DNA of 22,589 nt from Octopus sinensis (GCF_006345805.1 NW_021836767.1:1-22589); one strand, 5' to 3'. Numbered from the stretch's first letter, positions 10,493 through 21,786 are shown. Translations and numbers: made by a program. The notes: generated by a model from the sequence alone, not told the origin.

Positions 10493-10686
10493 GTGGATGC
10501 GCAATGACCCAGTGGTTAGGGCAGCAGACTCGCGGTCGTAAGAACCCGGTTTCGATTCCCAGACCGGGCATTGTGAGTGTTTATTGAGCAAAAACACCTA
10601 AGTTCCACGAGGCTCCGGCGTGGGGTAGTGGTGAACCCCGCTGTACTTTTTCACCACAACTTTCTCTCACTCTTTCTCCCTACTTC
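10493..10686 (+). mobile_element. SINE family D, 5' portion only
   Basis: tggatgcgcaatgacccagtggttagggcagcagactcgc...gtttcgattcccagacc...tttattgagc..aacacct...ccacgaggctccggc matches the 5' half of 14247-14570. Confidence 0.85.
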
Positions 10687-11716
10687 TGCCACAAAGCAGA
10701 GGAACCATGGTGTAACCCACTATGGTATGATAAACTTTCAGATCCTCGTCTAGATTGCGAATCCTCTGTACCTCAGGATGGTTCAGCTCTCCACCCGTTA
10801 AAAGCCACCGTTTACAGAATGAGGATAAGAACGTAGCTTTCGCGCCCGTACAACCGCCAGTATATCGTGTATGGTGGGTGGATCTTCAAGTTGCCACACG
10901 CATTCTTAGTAGCTTAGAGTAGGCTCGAATTAGAGATTATTCTTTGTGGCTAATGGCGTGAGTCCTGATTGGAAGAAGAGGAAGGCACAGCTGACTTGCG
11001 TTCCAGTTCGGTCGGAATGTTCCTTGACACAGCCTGTATACCGGAAAATGACAGCTGTAAGTAGGCACTGATCCTTGGCAATCAGGTTAATCCTGAATCT
11101 GTGACGGTCTTTGGTTGCTGCTACTTGACGGTTCGCCTTACTATGAAATCTATCATGTATTTGAACACAGTGTAATGATGGTCGTTTCTGATAGAACCCT
11201 ATGGAGGAGGTTGTCGAGAATTTAACCCTTACGACCCACCAAAGAATAGAAGTTAGAGAGAATAGATCGATGCTTGGAGGGTATACCAACGTTTCATTAT
11301 TCATTTTTGCGATATTCTCTATAAACACTTTTATTTTGTGTAATGTATTCTTACAACGACCCCTCATTCGATATCAAAGAAGAAAAAAAAAAATGAAAGA
11401 AAATATGCAAACAATACTTTTTTTTTTTTAAATGACACCTTTTTGTTTTAGAAATGTTAATTAAATTTAAAAGAAAAAAAGATAAAGAAAAAAAGAAACT
11501 GTTTACCGTTTTCCGAATTCCATCAAAAGTCCTTTGTCAGTGATTTGATGCTCGGATGAGATTTTATTGAAAACATTTTGAAGAATAATGACAGATGAAA
11601 TTTTAAAAAAAAAGACACACACGACCCCACACTCTTTGTTCCTGTGTATATGTACATATGGACATATTTGCACGCACATGCACATACACACACACTAGTG
11701 CACGCACACACATTGC

Positions 11717-11793
11717 AGGTCAATGACACCGTGTGTGCATGTGCATAGAAATATAACTATAACTACATACATAAATGCATATATATATATATG

Positions 11794-11865
<72 letters not shown>

Positions 11866-11909
11866 TACATATATATATATATACACATATATATATATGT
11901 GCATGTATG

Positions 11910-11943
<34 letters not shown>

Positions 11944-12176
11944 AACATACATGCATATATACTTATACATAGACACATACATATATATATATTTTATATA
12001 TATTATATATATGTATATATATGTGTGTGTGTATGTATGGATGGATAGATGTATGCGTGTATATATATGTGTGAGTGTGTGTGTGTAAATATATATATGT
12101 GTAAGTGTTTGTATGAGGTTTGTGTGTGTATAAGGTCAACGACACTATTTAAGCGTGAGCATACACATCATGTTAG

Positions 12177-12247
<71 letters not shown>

Positions 12248-12325
12248 TTACATATGCACATATGCCAAGAGGTATGTGTGTGCGTATGTATATGCACACA
12301 CATATCCACACGGTGTCATTGACCT
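11717..12325. repeat. (AT)n/(GT)n compound microsatellite bracketed by a perfect 19-bp inverted repeat
   Basis: aggtcaatgacaccgtgtg (11717-11735) and cacacggtgtcattgacct (12307-12325). Confidence 0.88.
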
Positions 12326-12487
12326 TATCTGATGTTTTAACATAATGAATGATGACAGTGGCATTCAAAGCAGAATTTGGTAACGATTTAAGGGCTACGC
12401 TAACATTATACCAGCTTTCCAATATGTTTATCGCTGTGATACTGCATTCTAAAGGACAACGCTGAAGCTATGCATGCTACGCCAAAA

Positions 12488-12493
12488 TAGATT

Positions 12494-12560
<67 letters not shown>

Positions 12561-12665
12561 GGGGAAATGAGAAAGAAAGAGAATGTGTGAGTTTGTGTTG
12601 TGCGTAATTATGTAGAAGAGAAGCGGTAAAAAAGCAAATATGAAATATAGAGAAGGATGTGAAAG

Positions 12666-12716
<51 letters not shown>

Positions 12717-12717
12717 C

Positions 12718-12782
<65 letters not shown>

Positions 12783-12790
12783 GTGAGAGA
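12488..12790. repeat. Two (GATA)n tracts and a (GA)n tract
   Basis: Directly visible at 12488-12561 and ~12666-12790. Confidence 0.95.
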
Positions 12791-12964
12791 AAGATTGAGT
12801 AAGAGATACAAAATGTGAGATATTGAACTCTATCGTTGATCTTCTGATAAAAAATAAAGCCATTTACAAAGGCAATGTGCTGCTAGAGAAATAAATCATT
12901 ATTTGCCCAGAACCAAAATGAATACTACTGGATATTGGGAAAATAAAAACTTCCTTTTAAGTGA

Positions 12965-13120
12965 AAAGACGGCACGGTAAAAATATATAACGGTATTTGT
13001 TCCGGCTCTCTGAGCTCTGAATTCGAAACTATCCGAAGCTGTAACCTTACCGTTCAGCCTTTTGGATTAATAACAGTCGACTGGCGGCTGAATTGTTAGA
13101 ATGTCAGACAAATGTTTACG
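12965..13120 (+). mobile_element. Family B SINE fragments
   Basis: cggtatttgttccggctctctgagctctgaattcgaa and ctggcggctgaattgttagaatgtcagacaaatg resemble the head of the 8605 and 16515 copies. Confidence 0.5.
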
Positions 13121-13135
13121 AAACGTGAGGTGAGT

Positions 13136-14035
13136 CTCAACCTGTTAGAAATAGTGGGAAAATCGCAGCTCAGTCTCTTAGAAATAGAAAGATCGTCCAT
13201 TAACCTGTTAGAAATATTAGAAAAATCGACGCACAACCCATCAGAAATAGAAGAAACGTTACTCTGTTAGAAAGAGAAAAATCGTCGCTCAACCTGCTAG
13301 AAACAGTAGAAAAATCAACCATCATTCTCTTAGAAATAGAAAAAAAATTATTGTTTAACCTGCTAGTATGAGAAAAATTGCTGCTCAACCTTTTGCAAAT
13401 AGAAGAAACGCCGCTCAACTTGCTAGAAATAGTAGAAAAACCGCCGTTCAATCTGCTAAAAATAGAAAAGTCGTCGCTCAACCAGATGGGAATAGAAAAT
13501 CGTCGTTTAATCTATTGGAAATATTTTTTTAAATCGCCGCTCAGCCTTTTAGAAACAGAAAAATTGCCGTTCTTCCTGTTAAAATGGAAAAATTGTCGCT
13601 CACCCTGTTAGAAATAGAAATGGGCTTCTAATGGATTATAATATTTCTAATGGGTTAAATCATTGCTCAACATGTTAAAAATAGTACCCCCCCCCCAAAA
13701 AAAAACACTGTTCAACATGTAAGAAATAGTAGAAAAAAAATCATCCCTAACTCAGCAAGACAAAGTAAAAAAGTTGCCGCTCAACTCATTAGGTTTAGAA
13801 AAATCACCGCTCAACCCGTTAGAAGTAGTAGAAAAATCATCGCTCAACCTGTTAGAAGTAGTAGAAAAATCACCGCTCAACCTGTTCGAAGTAGTAGGAA
13901 AATCACCGCTCAACCTGTTAGAAGTAGTAGAAAAATCGTCGCTCAAATTGTTAGAAGTAATAGAAAAATCACCGCTCAACCTGTTTCTAAATCGTCGCTG
14001 AACCTGCTTGAAATAATAGGAAAATGTTACTCAAA
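13136..14035 (+). repeat. Degenerate minisatellite, 30/33-bp unit, roughly 27 copies
   Basis: Consensus ctcaacctgttagaa(a/g)tagtagaaaaatc(a/g)(c/t)cg; five consecutive 33-mers at ~13810-13975. Confidence 0.92.
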
Positions 14036-14246
14036 TTACATGCCTACTGTCTTGATAAAAGAAAGGACATATTAAATAAAGTATCCGTTTACTCCTAAAT
14101 TGGTGGTTATTGAATATGGAAAGTCTTTGATATTGTGTCTGTTGAACAAGGGCGTTAACCTGGGACTAAAGCCACAGCAGCAACATTTAAGTTGAAATAT
14201 ACAATTTTTATATAAGTAAAATAGAGTATAATATAGTTTACCTAGT

Positions 14247-14570
14247 TTTTTTTTTATTTATTATTTATGCACTCTTTTCAAGCCTAGCCAGGCTCATGGG
14301 CCCGGTTTCCCGGTTTCTGTGGCGTATGTGTTCCCCGCAGTTGGACGGGACGCCAGTCCATCGCAGCGTTACCCAAGAAACAAGAAGAAAGAGTGAGAGA
14401 AAGTTGGGGCGAAAGAGTACAAACAGGCGTCGCCCCCCCCCCTGCCGGAGCCTCGTGGAGCTTTAGGTGTTTTCGCTCAATAAACACACACAACGCTCGG
14501 TCTGGGAATCGAAACCGCGATTCTCCGGGCGCGAGTCTGCTGCCCTAACCACTGGGCCATTGTGCCTCCA
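14247..14570 (-). mobile_element. SINE family D, full length, 10-bp TSD
   Basis: Reverse strand tggaggcacaatggcccagtggttagggc (A box)...gtttcgattccc (B box)...gcgatggactggcgtcccgtcca...A-rich tail; TSD tttacctagt at 14237-14246 and 14574-14583. Confidence 0.92.
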
Positions 14571-14859
14571 CATTTTACCTAGTGAGCACCCAAAATGTCT
14601 AATTAACTAAAAATTACGCTTTTGACAATAAGAAAAAAATCCTTAACGTTAATTATTAATGATAATTTGTTATCGTCAGAGAACAGAAACCTGAGAAAAT
14701 TTGAATGGCGACTTGCAGTAGGTAGTGAGAAGTCTGAACGTGTTTCGGTGCTATGAAATCTCATCAGTTAAACATCGTCTCATTCATACTTCCCAAACAT
14801 TCATATTTACCAGGCCTTAGAAAATTTTCTAGGCTGCCTTCTATACGAAAAACACATAG

Positions 14860-14861
<2 letters not shown>

Positions 14862-14931
<70 letters not shown>
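14862..14931. repeat. (GT)n microsatellite
   Basis: Directly visible. Confidence 0.97.
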
Positions 14932-14934
<3 letters not shown>

Positions 14935-15011
14935 GTGTAACATATTAAATGTATTAAGTCAAATTAGTCAATTAAAATTACACACCTAATGCAAAGAAAA
15001 AATCATTATAA

Positions 15012-16070
15012 GCGCAGGAGTGGCTGTGTGGTAAGTAGCTTGCTTACCAACCATATGGTACCGGGTTCATTCCCACTGCGTGGGATCTTGGGCAAGTGTC
15101 TTCTACTATAGCCTCGGGCCGTCCAAAGCCTTTTTACCCTTTTTTGCACTCATTGAACCGTTATTTTGTAAAATGAAGCCTAAAAGGCATTAAGGCATTC
15201 AAGGCACCGTTCTCTTGCATGCATGAAGAAAATCTATGACAACATAGGTGTAGGGAAAATCTATGTGAACTTTCAAAAAATATCGCAGAAAAATCGGTTT
15301 GCCATGTGTGCCACATATGATGTAATTAACCGATTTTTTCCAGTAATAACGTATCCTATTGGAATCAAAAGGGCCATATAGCTCCTTGGAGCAGACATGA
15401 TGCTCGCTGTGAATTTCAAAGAAAATTCCTGCCAATTTGTTAAAGATATTGTCAAAAATATGTCATCTTGAATTTGAACGCGATTTCCCAAAATGGCATG
15501 ATTCTATCGATTTTTTCTGATGGTAAGGTATTGCATGGAAAACTAACGTCAGAATTAAGTTCCTTAGGGTAACATTAATCTTCACCATGAGTTTGGTGAA
15601 AATCGATTGCAAGTTGCGAAAACTACAACGGAAAATGTGTTGCATATGATAAACTTAGATTCTCGACACCATGTCGAATTTATTGATTTTTTTCAGAACT
15701 GGAGGAACTTTCCAAACTTTTCCCTGCGTTAGTTTTGAATTATGACATTGGGCTATGTGTGTGTCAAGTTTCATCAGAATCGGTTAAAAGCCGTGGTCAG
15801 GGTGAAGGTACAACCTGACAGACACACAGACAGACAAACTGCCTTTTATATATATAGAGAGATATATATGTGTATATGTTTGTGTATCTGTGTTTGTCTC
15901 CACAACATCGCTTGGCAACCGATGCTGGTGTGTTTACGACCCCGTAACTTAGCGGTTCGGCAAAAGAGATCGATCGAATAAGTACTAGGCTTACAAAGAA
16001 TAAGTCCTGGAGTCGATTTGCTCTACTAAAAGGCGGTACTCCAGCATGGCCATAGTCAGATGACTGAAAT
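15012..16070 (+). mobile_element. SINE family A split by a Helitron-like insertion
   Basis: Head to ccaaagcctt at 15012-15132; resumes at the internal microsatellite 15863 and runs to atgactgaaa 16070; ~50 bp of SINE missing at the left junction. Confidence 0.88.
15133..15862 (-). mobile_element. Non-autonomous Helitron/HINE-like element, 3' end missing
   Basis: Reverse strand starts A|TCTCTCTATATATATAAAAGGCAGTTTGTCTGTCTG, the same 5' start as the 6042 element, followed by a ccgattctgatgaaacttg core; no CTAG or hairpin at the other end. Confidence 0.72.
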
Positions 16071-16140
16071 GCTAATTTTTGTCAAATGCAAGAAGAAAAC
16101 ACCAGAATTCAACTGGTTGATGGTAGCATGAAGAAGGCAA

Positions 16141-16480
16141 GTCCGATCTTGGGCAACGGCTATGATCAAAGGACTTCAAGTTGTGACCTTCCTGTCCGTA
16201 CTTAAGAGCGGAGGTGATGGATAGCGTACTTCGGACTATGTTCTCTGATGTGTTAATCATTTCCTAAAGACGGCAGAGTATGATTTTATGGGAATTTTGG
16301 TGGATATTTCAAGCATGTCGAATGACAGTATAGAAGCTTCTTCGTTGACTCAATAGCACTAATATCGTTGCAGGTATTGTTGGCATTGATCTTGTTGTTG
16401 TTGTTAATATTTTGGGTCAAATTACCCCTGATCAAGTACACTTATGATTAATGACATTCTTGCTATGAGTATCTATTCTT
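16141..16480 (-). repeat. Two diverged family X pieces (16141-16345, 16388-16480)
   Basis: ctatgatcaaagga, aagacggcagagtatgatttt...atatttcaagcatgtcgaatgac; (TTG)n then ccctgatcaag..cttatgattaatgacattc. Confidence 0.6.
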
Positions 16481-16514
16481 TTTTTTATTAATACTATTAT
16501 GTAATAGGATTAAT

Positions 16515-16690
16515 ATGGTTAGCTGGTAGAATCGTCAGCACAACGGACAAAGTGCTTAGTAGCATTTGTTCCGGCCTTACGTTTTGAGTTCAAATACCGT
16601 CGAGCTCGACTTTATCGATAAAATAACATACCAGATTAGCACTGAGATCGATGTAATCAATTTACTTCTCTCCCTAAAATTGCTGATATT
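16515..16690 (+). mobile_element. SINE family B
   Basis: agctggtagaatcgtcagcac (A box)...tgagttcaaatacc (B box)...tcgataaaataac..accag...gatcgatgtaatc...ccctaaaattgctg. Confidence 0.8.
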
Positions 16691-16786
16691 TTAATTATTG
16701 AGGGAAAGAAATAGTTTAGTGCGCGCAGTTTATCCTGGTTCTGATAATCTAAGATGGCAATTTCAGTAATATAACGGACAGTTATA

Positions 16787-16890
16787 TTGGGCAAGTGTCT
16801 TCTACTATAGCAGCGGGCCGTCCAAAGCTTTGTGAGTGGATTTGGTAGACGGAAACTGAAAGAAGCCCGTCGTATATATGTATATATGTA

Positions 16891-16961
<71 letters not shown>

Positions 16962-16970
16962 TATATATAT

Positions 16971-17024
<54 letters not shown>

Positions 17025-17320
17025 ATATTATATATATATATATATTTATACAATATACATATATATGTATATATATATAATATATATATATTATATATAT
17101 ATATATATATATGTGTGTGTCTGTGTTGTGTGTTTGTCCCCCAACATCGCTTGACAACCGATGCTGGTGTGTTTACGTCCTCGTAACTTAGCGGTTCGGC
17201 AAAAGAGACCGATAGAATAAGTACTAGGCATACAAAGAATAAGTCCTGGGATCGATTTGTCCGACCAAAAGGCGCTGCTACAGCATGGCCGCAGTCAACT
17301 GACTGAAACAAGTAAAAGAG
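16787..17320 (+). mobile_element. SINE family A, 5'-truncated, internal (TA)n expanded to ~250 bp
   Basis: Starts at ttgggcaagtgtcttctac, TA array 16875-17110, ends acaagtaaaagag. Confidence 0.9.
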
Positions 17321-17600
17321 AATATAAGATAAAGACCAAGCAATGATTTGGCCTTAAATGTGAAACGAACTCATGACTATTGCGTATTTGAAGACGTTAA
17401 TCATACTCAATTCCAACCATCAGGTCATTGCCATTTCTAGCCACGGATTTCCTTAAAAAAATAAATAATTAAAAAAAAGAAAAAAAAAAGCTTCATAGTT
17501 AGTTACCTTGACAATGATGTGATGACAAGCTGCCAAATATTTACAATGAACTTGACACACTGACTGTCATAACACCATAACACACGCAACTGTAGAGCTA

Positions 17601-17822
17601 AGAAGGGATCCTCTATCTGGTCGGACAATTGGCTAGAAACAGCAGCTAAATCTGCCCCTAAATCACTCACTGTCGTTGAAAAAAGAGTGAAGAACATATT
17701 GGACAATGTGGTCCCAGACGGATGAGAAAAAAAAAGAGAAAATACAACGGTTAGTCATGGCTGGATGGAATACCTTTGATCCTTGATCAGCTCGATCAAA
17801 ACTGACCTAAGGTTAAACGGCA
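17601..17822 (+). repeat. Family X copy
   Basis: agaagggatcctcta...ggctagaaacagcagctaaatctgcccctaaatcac...gtcatggctggatggaatacctttgatc...gatcaaaactgacctaaggttaaac. Confidence 0.65.
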
Positions 17823-18004
17823 GCTGTATTTATTGCACGTTTGTTTTGAAATTAATTCGAATAATTAGCTACCTTAAAACATCTCAAACACGACACACAG
17901 ACAATTGTTTTTCTTAACACTCAAAAGTAAATTGCAAAAATTCCACACTTCCCTCTCGCCTACCCCCCCTCATCCAAATAAAAGTCCCCGTTCTCATTCC
18001 TCAC

Positions 18005-18680
<676 letters not shown>

Positions 18681-19011
18681 ATCCGAGAAATGTCAACGAT
18701 TTATGGCGAACAACGAAGGTGTTGCAGATTGCTGACAGAAAGTTTAACCTTGATTGATATATTTGAATTTGGCGAGAAAAGTTAACGACCGCGGCAAACA
18801 TTTAAAATATTCATTCCGCCATTAATTCTATCTGTCTATCTCTATATAACGCTATGTCCATTTTATATTTAATTTGCCTAGCTGTCTTTCTACACATACC
18901 TGCACATCCCATGTAGCCCTTCACTCCAATCCACTCACACACACACACACACACACATTCTCTCTCTCTCTCTCTTTCTATCACACTTACACACATGTAC
19001 GTACCACGCAT

Positions 19012-19336
19012 TAAAGACTCCGCCGGTTACGACGACGAGGGTCCCAGCTGATACGATCAAACGGAACAGCTTGCTCGTGAAATTAACGTGCAAATGGCTG
19101 AGCATTCCACAGACACGTGTACCCTTAACGTCGTTGGGGATAATCACCTGCACACAGAGAGTGACAAGGCTGACCCTTTGAAATACAGGTACAAACATTT
19201 TGCCAGCTGAGTGGACTGGCCAACGTGAAATAAAGTGTCTTGCTCAAGGACACAACGCGTCGCCGGGAATCGAACTCACAACCTTACGATCATGAGCGAA
19301 TCCGAATGCCCTAACACTAAGCCACGCGCCCTCACT
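19012..19336 (-). mobile_element. SINE family C (tail type 2), full length, 12-bp TSD
   Basis: Reverse strand gtgagggcgcgtggcttagtgttaggg...gagttcgattccc...ttgagcaagacactttatttcacg; perfect TSD cgtaccacgcat at 19000-19011 and 19337-19348. Confidence 0.92.
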
Positions 19337-19654
19337 CGTACCACGCATACACACGTACGCGCACGCATTTCCGCCCCCACCACCTTTGTCCATTGTCGTA
19401 GTGTATTGACCTCTGCAGCTGTGACAATCTTTTGAAAATGGATATCATAACTCTTGTGTTCAAGTCCTAACGAGCATACCTACATTCCCTCCACACACAC
19501 ACAGACACACACACACAGACACACACACACACACACCACACACACACACACATGCACAAACACCCACACTAACAAATACATGCACACACACATACTCAAA
19601 TATATACATATATATATATCCATTTGTGTGTACGATTGTGTCTGTGTGTATGTA

Positions 19655-20734
19655 TGTCATTCAGTTTTATTTCAAAATTTCTTGTCAATAGAGAAAGAGC
19701 CGGTTTCTAACCCAAATCCAAGGCTCTTTCATTGGAATTTCAACATCACCAGGGTATTCTTGTATTTGTGTGTATTTGTGCAGTATTTGGAGTTAGTGCA
19801 TGTGCAAATTTTTATGTTTTGTTTTATGCATATATTCTCATGCATATAAGTTGCATGTCTAGACGTGCTCATATATACTTAAATGATAAACTTCTGGAAA
19901 GTTTTACAGATTTTTACAGGGTAAGTAGCTTGTTTACCAACCACATGGTCCCGGGTTCAGTCCCACTGCGTGGCACCTTGGGCAAGTGTCTTCTACTATA
20001 GCCTCGGGTCGACCAAAGCCTTGTGAGTGGATTTGGCAGACGGAAACTGAAAAAAAAACCCGTCGTATATATGTATATATATATATATCTATGTGTGTGT
20101 TTGTGTGTCTGTGTTTGTCCCCCTCGCATTGCCTGACAACCGATTGCTGGTGTGTTTATGTCCCCGTTACTTAGCGGTTCGGCAAAAGAGACGATATAAT
20201 ATGTACGGGCTTACAAAATATAAGTCCCAAGGGTCGGGGGTGAGTTGCTCGATTAAAGGGCGGTGCTGCAGCATGGCCGCAGTCAAATAACTGAAACAAG
20301 TAAAAGAGTAAAAGAGTAAAAGAGTACCAGTGATGGATCGGATCTGTAGTCTTCCAATCAGCTTTCTCCTTTCTGGTTTTGAGAAGCCTTAATTTCTTTA
20401 AGATTGGTATTTAGGCAGTCTGTTACATATCCTAGTGCCACAATAACCACAGGTTGTAATATGGGTTGAACGAATGCAGATTTCTCAATAGTTCAGCATA
20501 TTTTCTTATTCATTGATCTTTAGCCGTATATTAACATCCTCTGAGCAGCTGATTTCCACAACTGTACACAGTTTCTCTTCTCTGTTACAAATCCCTATGT
20601 CAGGTCTATTATGTTTGCCTTATATTGAGGTTTTCGCTTGAACATTCCACCAGTACTCCTTATTAAGAGTGGCTATGGCTCCTACCATACTGTGGGTTGT
20701 AATTTCATTGACCTTGGGGTTATCCCTCCGACGG
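19655..20734 (-). mobile_element. 5'-truncated R4/Dong-like non-LTR retrotransposon: restriction-like endonuclease end plus 3' UTR
   Basis: Minus strand: NKEYWWNVQAKTSI*GKHNRPDIGICNREEKLCTVVEISCSEDVNIRLKINE* (NRPD at 20599-20610, PD..E motif), later ALGYVTDCLNTNL; after removing the SINE it ends TVKICKTFQKFII* (stop 19879-19881); AATAAA near 19665. Confidence 0.82.
19920..20324 (+). mobile_element. SINE family A, slightly 5'-truncated, inserted in the R4-like LINE
   Basis: Starts ggtaagtagc, B box gggttcagtccc, tail (agtaaaag)x3; LINE sequence resumes at 20325. Confidence 0.92.
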
Positions 20735-20854
20735 ATTTAATTTGCCAAAATATTTTCGTCGCTTTGAGACCGCAACCTATACACTGACAAAATTATGTGC
20801 TATACGGAACAGATTGCGGCCTCAAAGCGATGAAAATATTCTGGCAAATTAAAT
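20735..20854. other. 120-bp fold-back: 41-bp inverted arms (38/41 paired), 38-nt loop
   Basis: atttaatttgccaaaatattttcgtcgctttgagaccgcaa (20735-20775) vs ttgcggcctcaaagcgatgaaaatattctggcaaattaaat (20814-20854). Confidence 0.92.
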
Positions 20855-20999
20855 TTAAATGTTGAAGTGAATCTAACGGTTTTTATGTGTTTTTAAATGC
20901 CTTCTAAACACATTCCACGTTGCAATTGTTTTTGTTTCAGAACACGATCTCAGATCAGGTCACTTGCTAAGCAAGTACATCACCATGATATATATATAT

Positions 21000-21030
<31 letters not shown>

Positions 21031-21060
21031 ATATATATATTATATTATATATATATATAT

Positions 21061-21540
21061 CATCACATCATCATATCATCATCATCATCATCATAATCTT
21101 TTAACGTCCGCTTTCCATGCTAGCATGGGTTGGACGATTTGACTGAGGACTAGCGAGCCAGATGGCTGCACCAGGCTCCAATCTGATCTGGCAGAGTTTC
21201 TACAGCTGGATGACCTTCCTAACGCCAACCACTCCGAGAGTGTAGTGGGTGATTTTATGTGCCACCGACACGAAGGCCAGTCAGGCGGTACTGGCAACGT
21301 CCACGCTCAAGTGATGTTTTTTACGTGCCACCTGCACAGGAGCCAGTCCACCGGCACTGGCAACGACCACGCTCGAATGTTTTTCACATGTCACCGGCAC
21401 AAGTACCAGTAAGGTTATGCTGGTAACGATCACGTTTGAATAGTGCTTTTTACGTACCACTGGCACGGAAGCCAGTCAGCTGCTCTGGCAGCGATCACGC
21501 TCGGATGGTGCTCTTAGCATTCCACTGGCACGGGTGCCAA
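21061..21540 (-). mobile_element. Family E retroposon-like repeat with (CAT)n tail and an internal ~65-bp tandem array
   Basis: (CAT)n 21061-21094, tttaacgtccgctttccatgctagcatgggttggacg, ctggatgaccttcctaacgccaacc, then ~4.5 units of ttttacgtgccacc.gcac.g.agccagtc....ctggcaacga.cacgctcgaatg (21253-21540). Confidence 0.7.
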
Positions 21541-21785
21541 TCATCGAATTTGCGAATTTGGCTTATCCATATATTAGTGTTGTTTCTATCAAAACACGTA
21601 ATTATCATCTATTACTTAAACAGTTCCACCACCTTCCCGTCAATCTTGTTGTTGCTGCTTTTGGTGAAGATGCTATTTCCATGATCTCCGATACAGTGAT
21701 GATCAATAAAATAAGTACCAGTTATATACCGGGTTCCAGTTTATTATAAATCTTCTTCCAGTACCAGATTACCCACTTTTCTGGC

Positions 21786-21786
<1 letters not shown>

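Larger units (their letters stand above)
9430..11290 (-). mobile_element. Decayed RTE-like LINE, RT domain to C-terminus, interrupted by two SINEs
   Basis: Minus-strand hand translation across frameshifts gives ordered motifs: GIPSKHRSILSNFYS (~11280), TVFKYMIDFIVRRT (~11150), SKEIR..ARAMVNLDK (~10060), NRLESF (~9950), NVTN (~9885), IERMG (~9750), IPGTVSGGGPP (~9610). The YADD motif is not cleanly recoverable. Confidence 0.55.

Noticed and set aside
10930-11431. 145-aa and 76-aa ORFs
   Set aside because: Chance frames over the decayed LINE; the RT motifs are spread over several frames.
11495-11610. Possible minus-strand mini-exon (HQITDKGLLMEFGK, donor cg|gtaaac)
   Set aside because: Weak acceptor, no recognisable homology.
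11695-12422. Overlapping YI/IY-rich ORFs
   Set aside because: (AT)n read-through; the same applies at 16657-17311 and 17960-18785.
13200-14001. Repeat-protein ORFs (EKSPLNLLEVV / RLSGDFSTTSN)
   Set aside because: Open on both strands because unit length is a multiple of 3; frames break by stops and 29-nt units; not called as CDS.
13136-14035. CRISPR-like array
   Set aside because: Units are head-to-tail with no unique spacers, no cas genes, and the context is eukaryotic.
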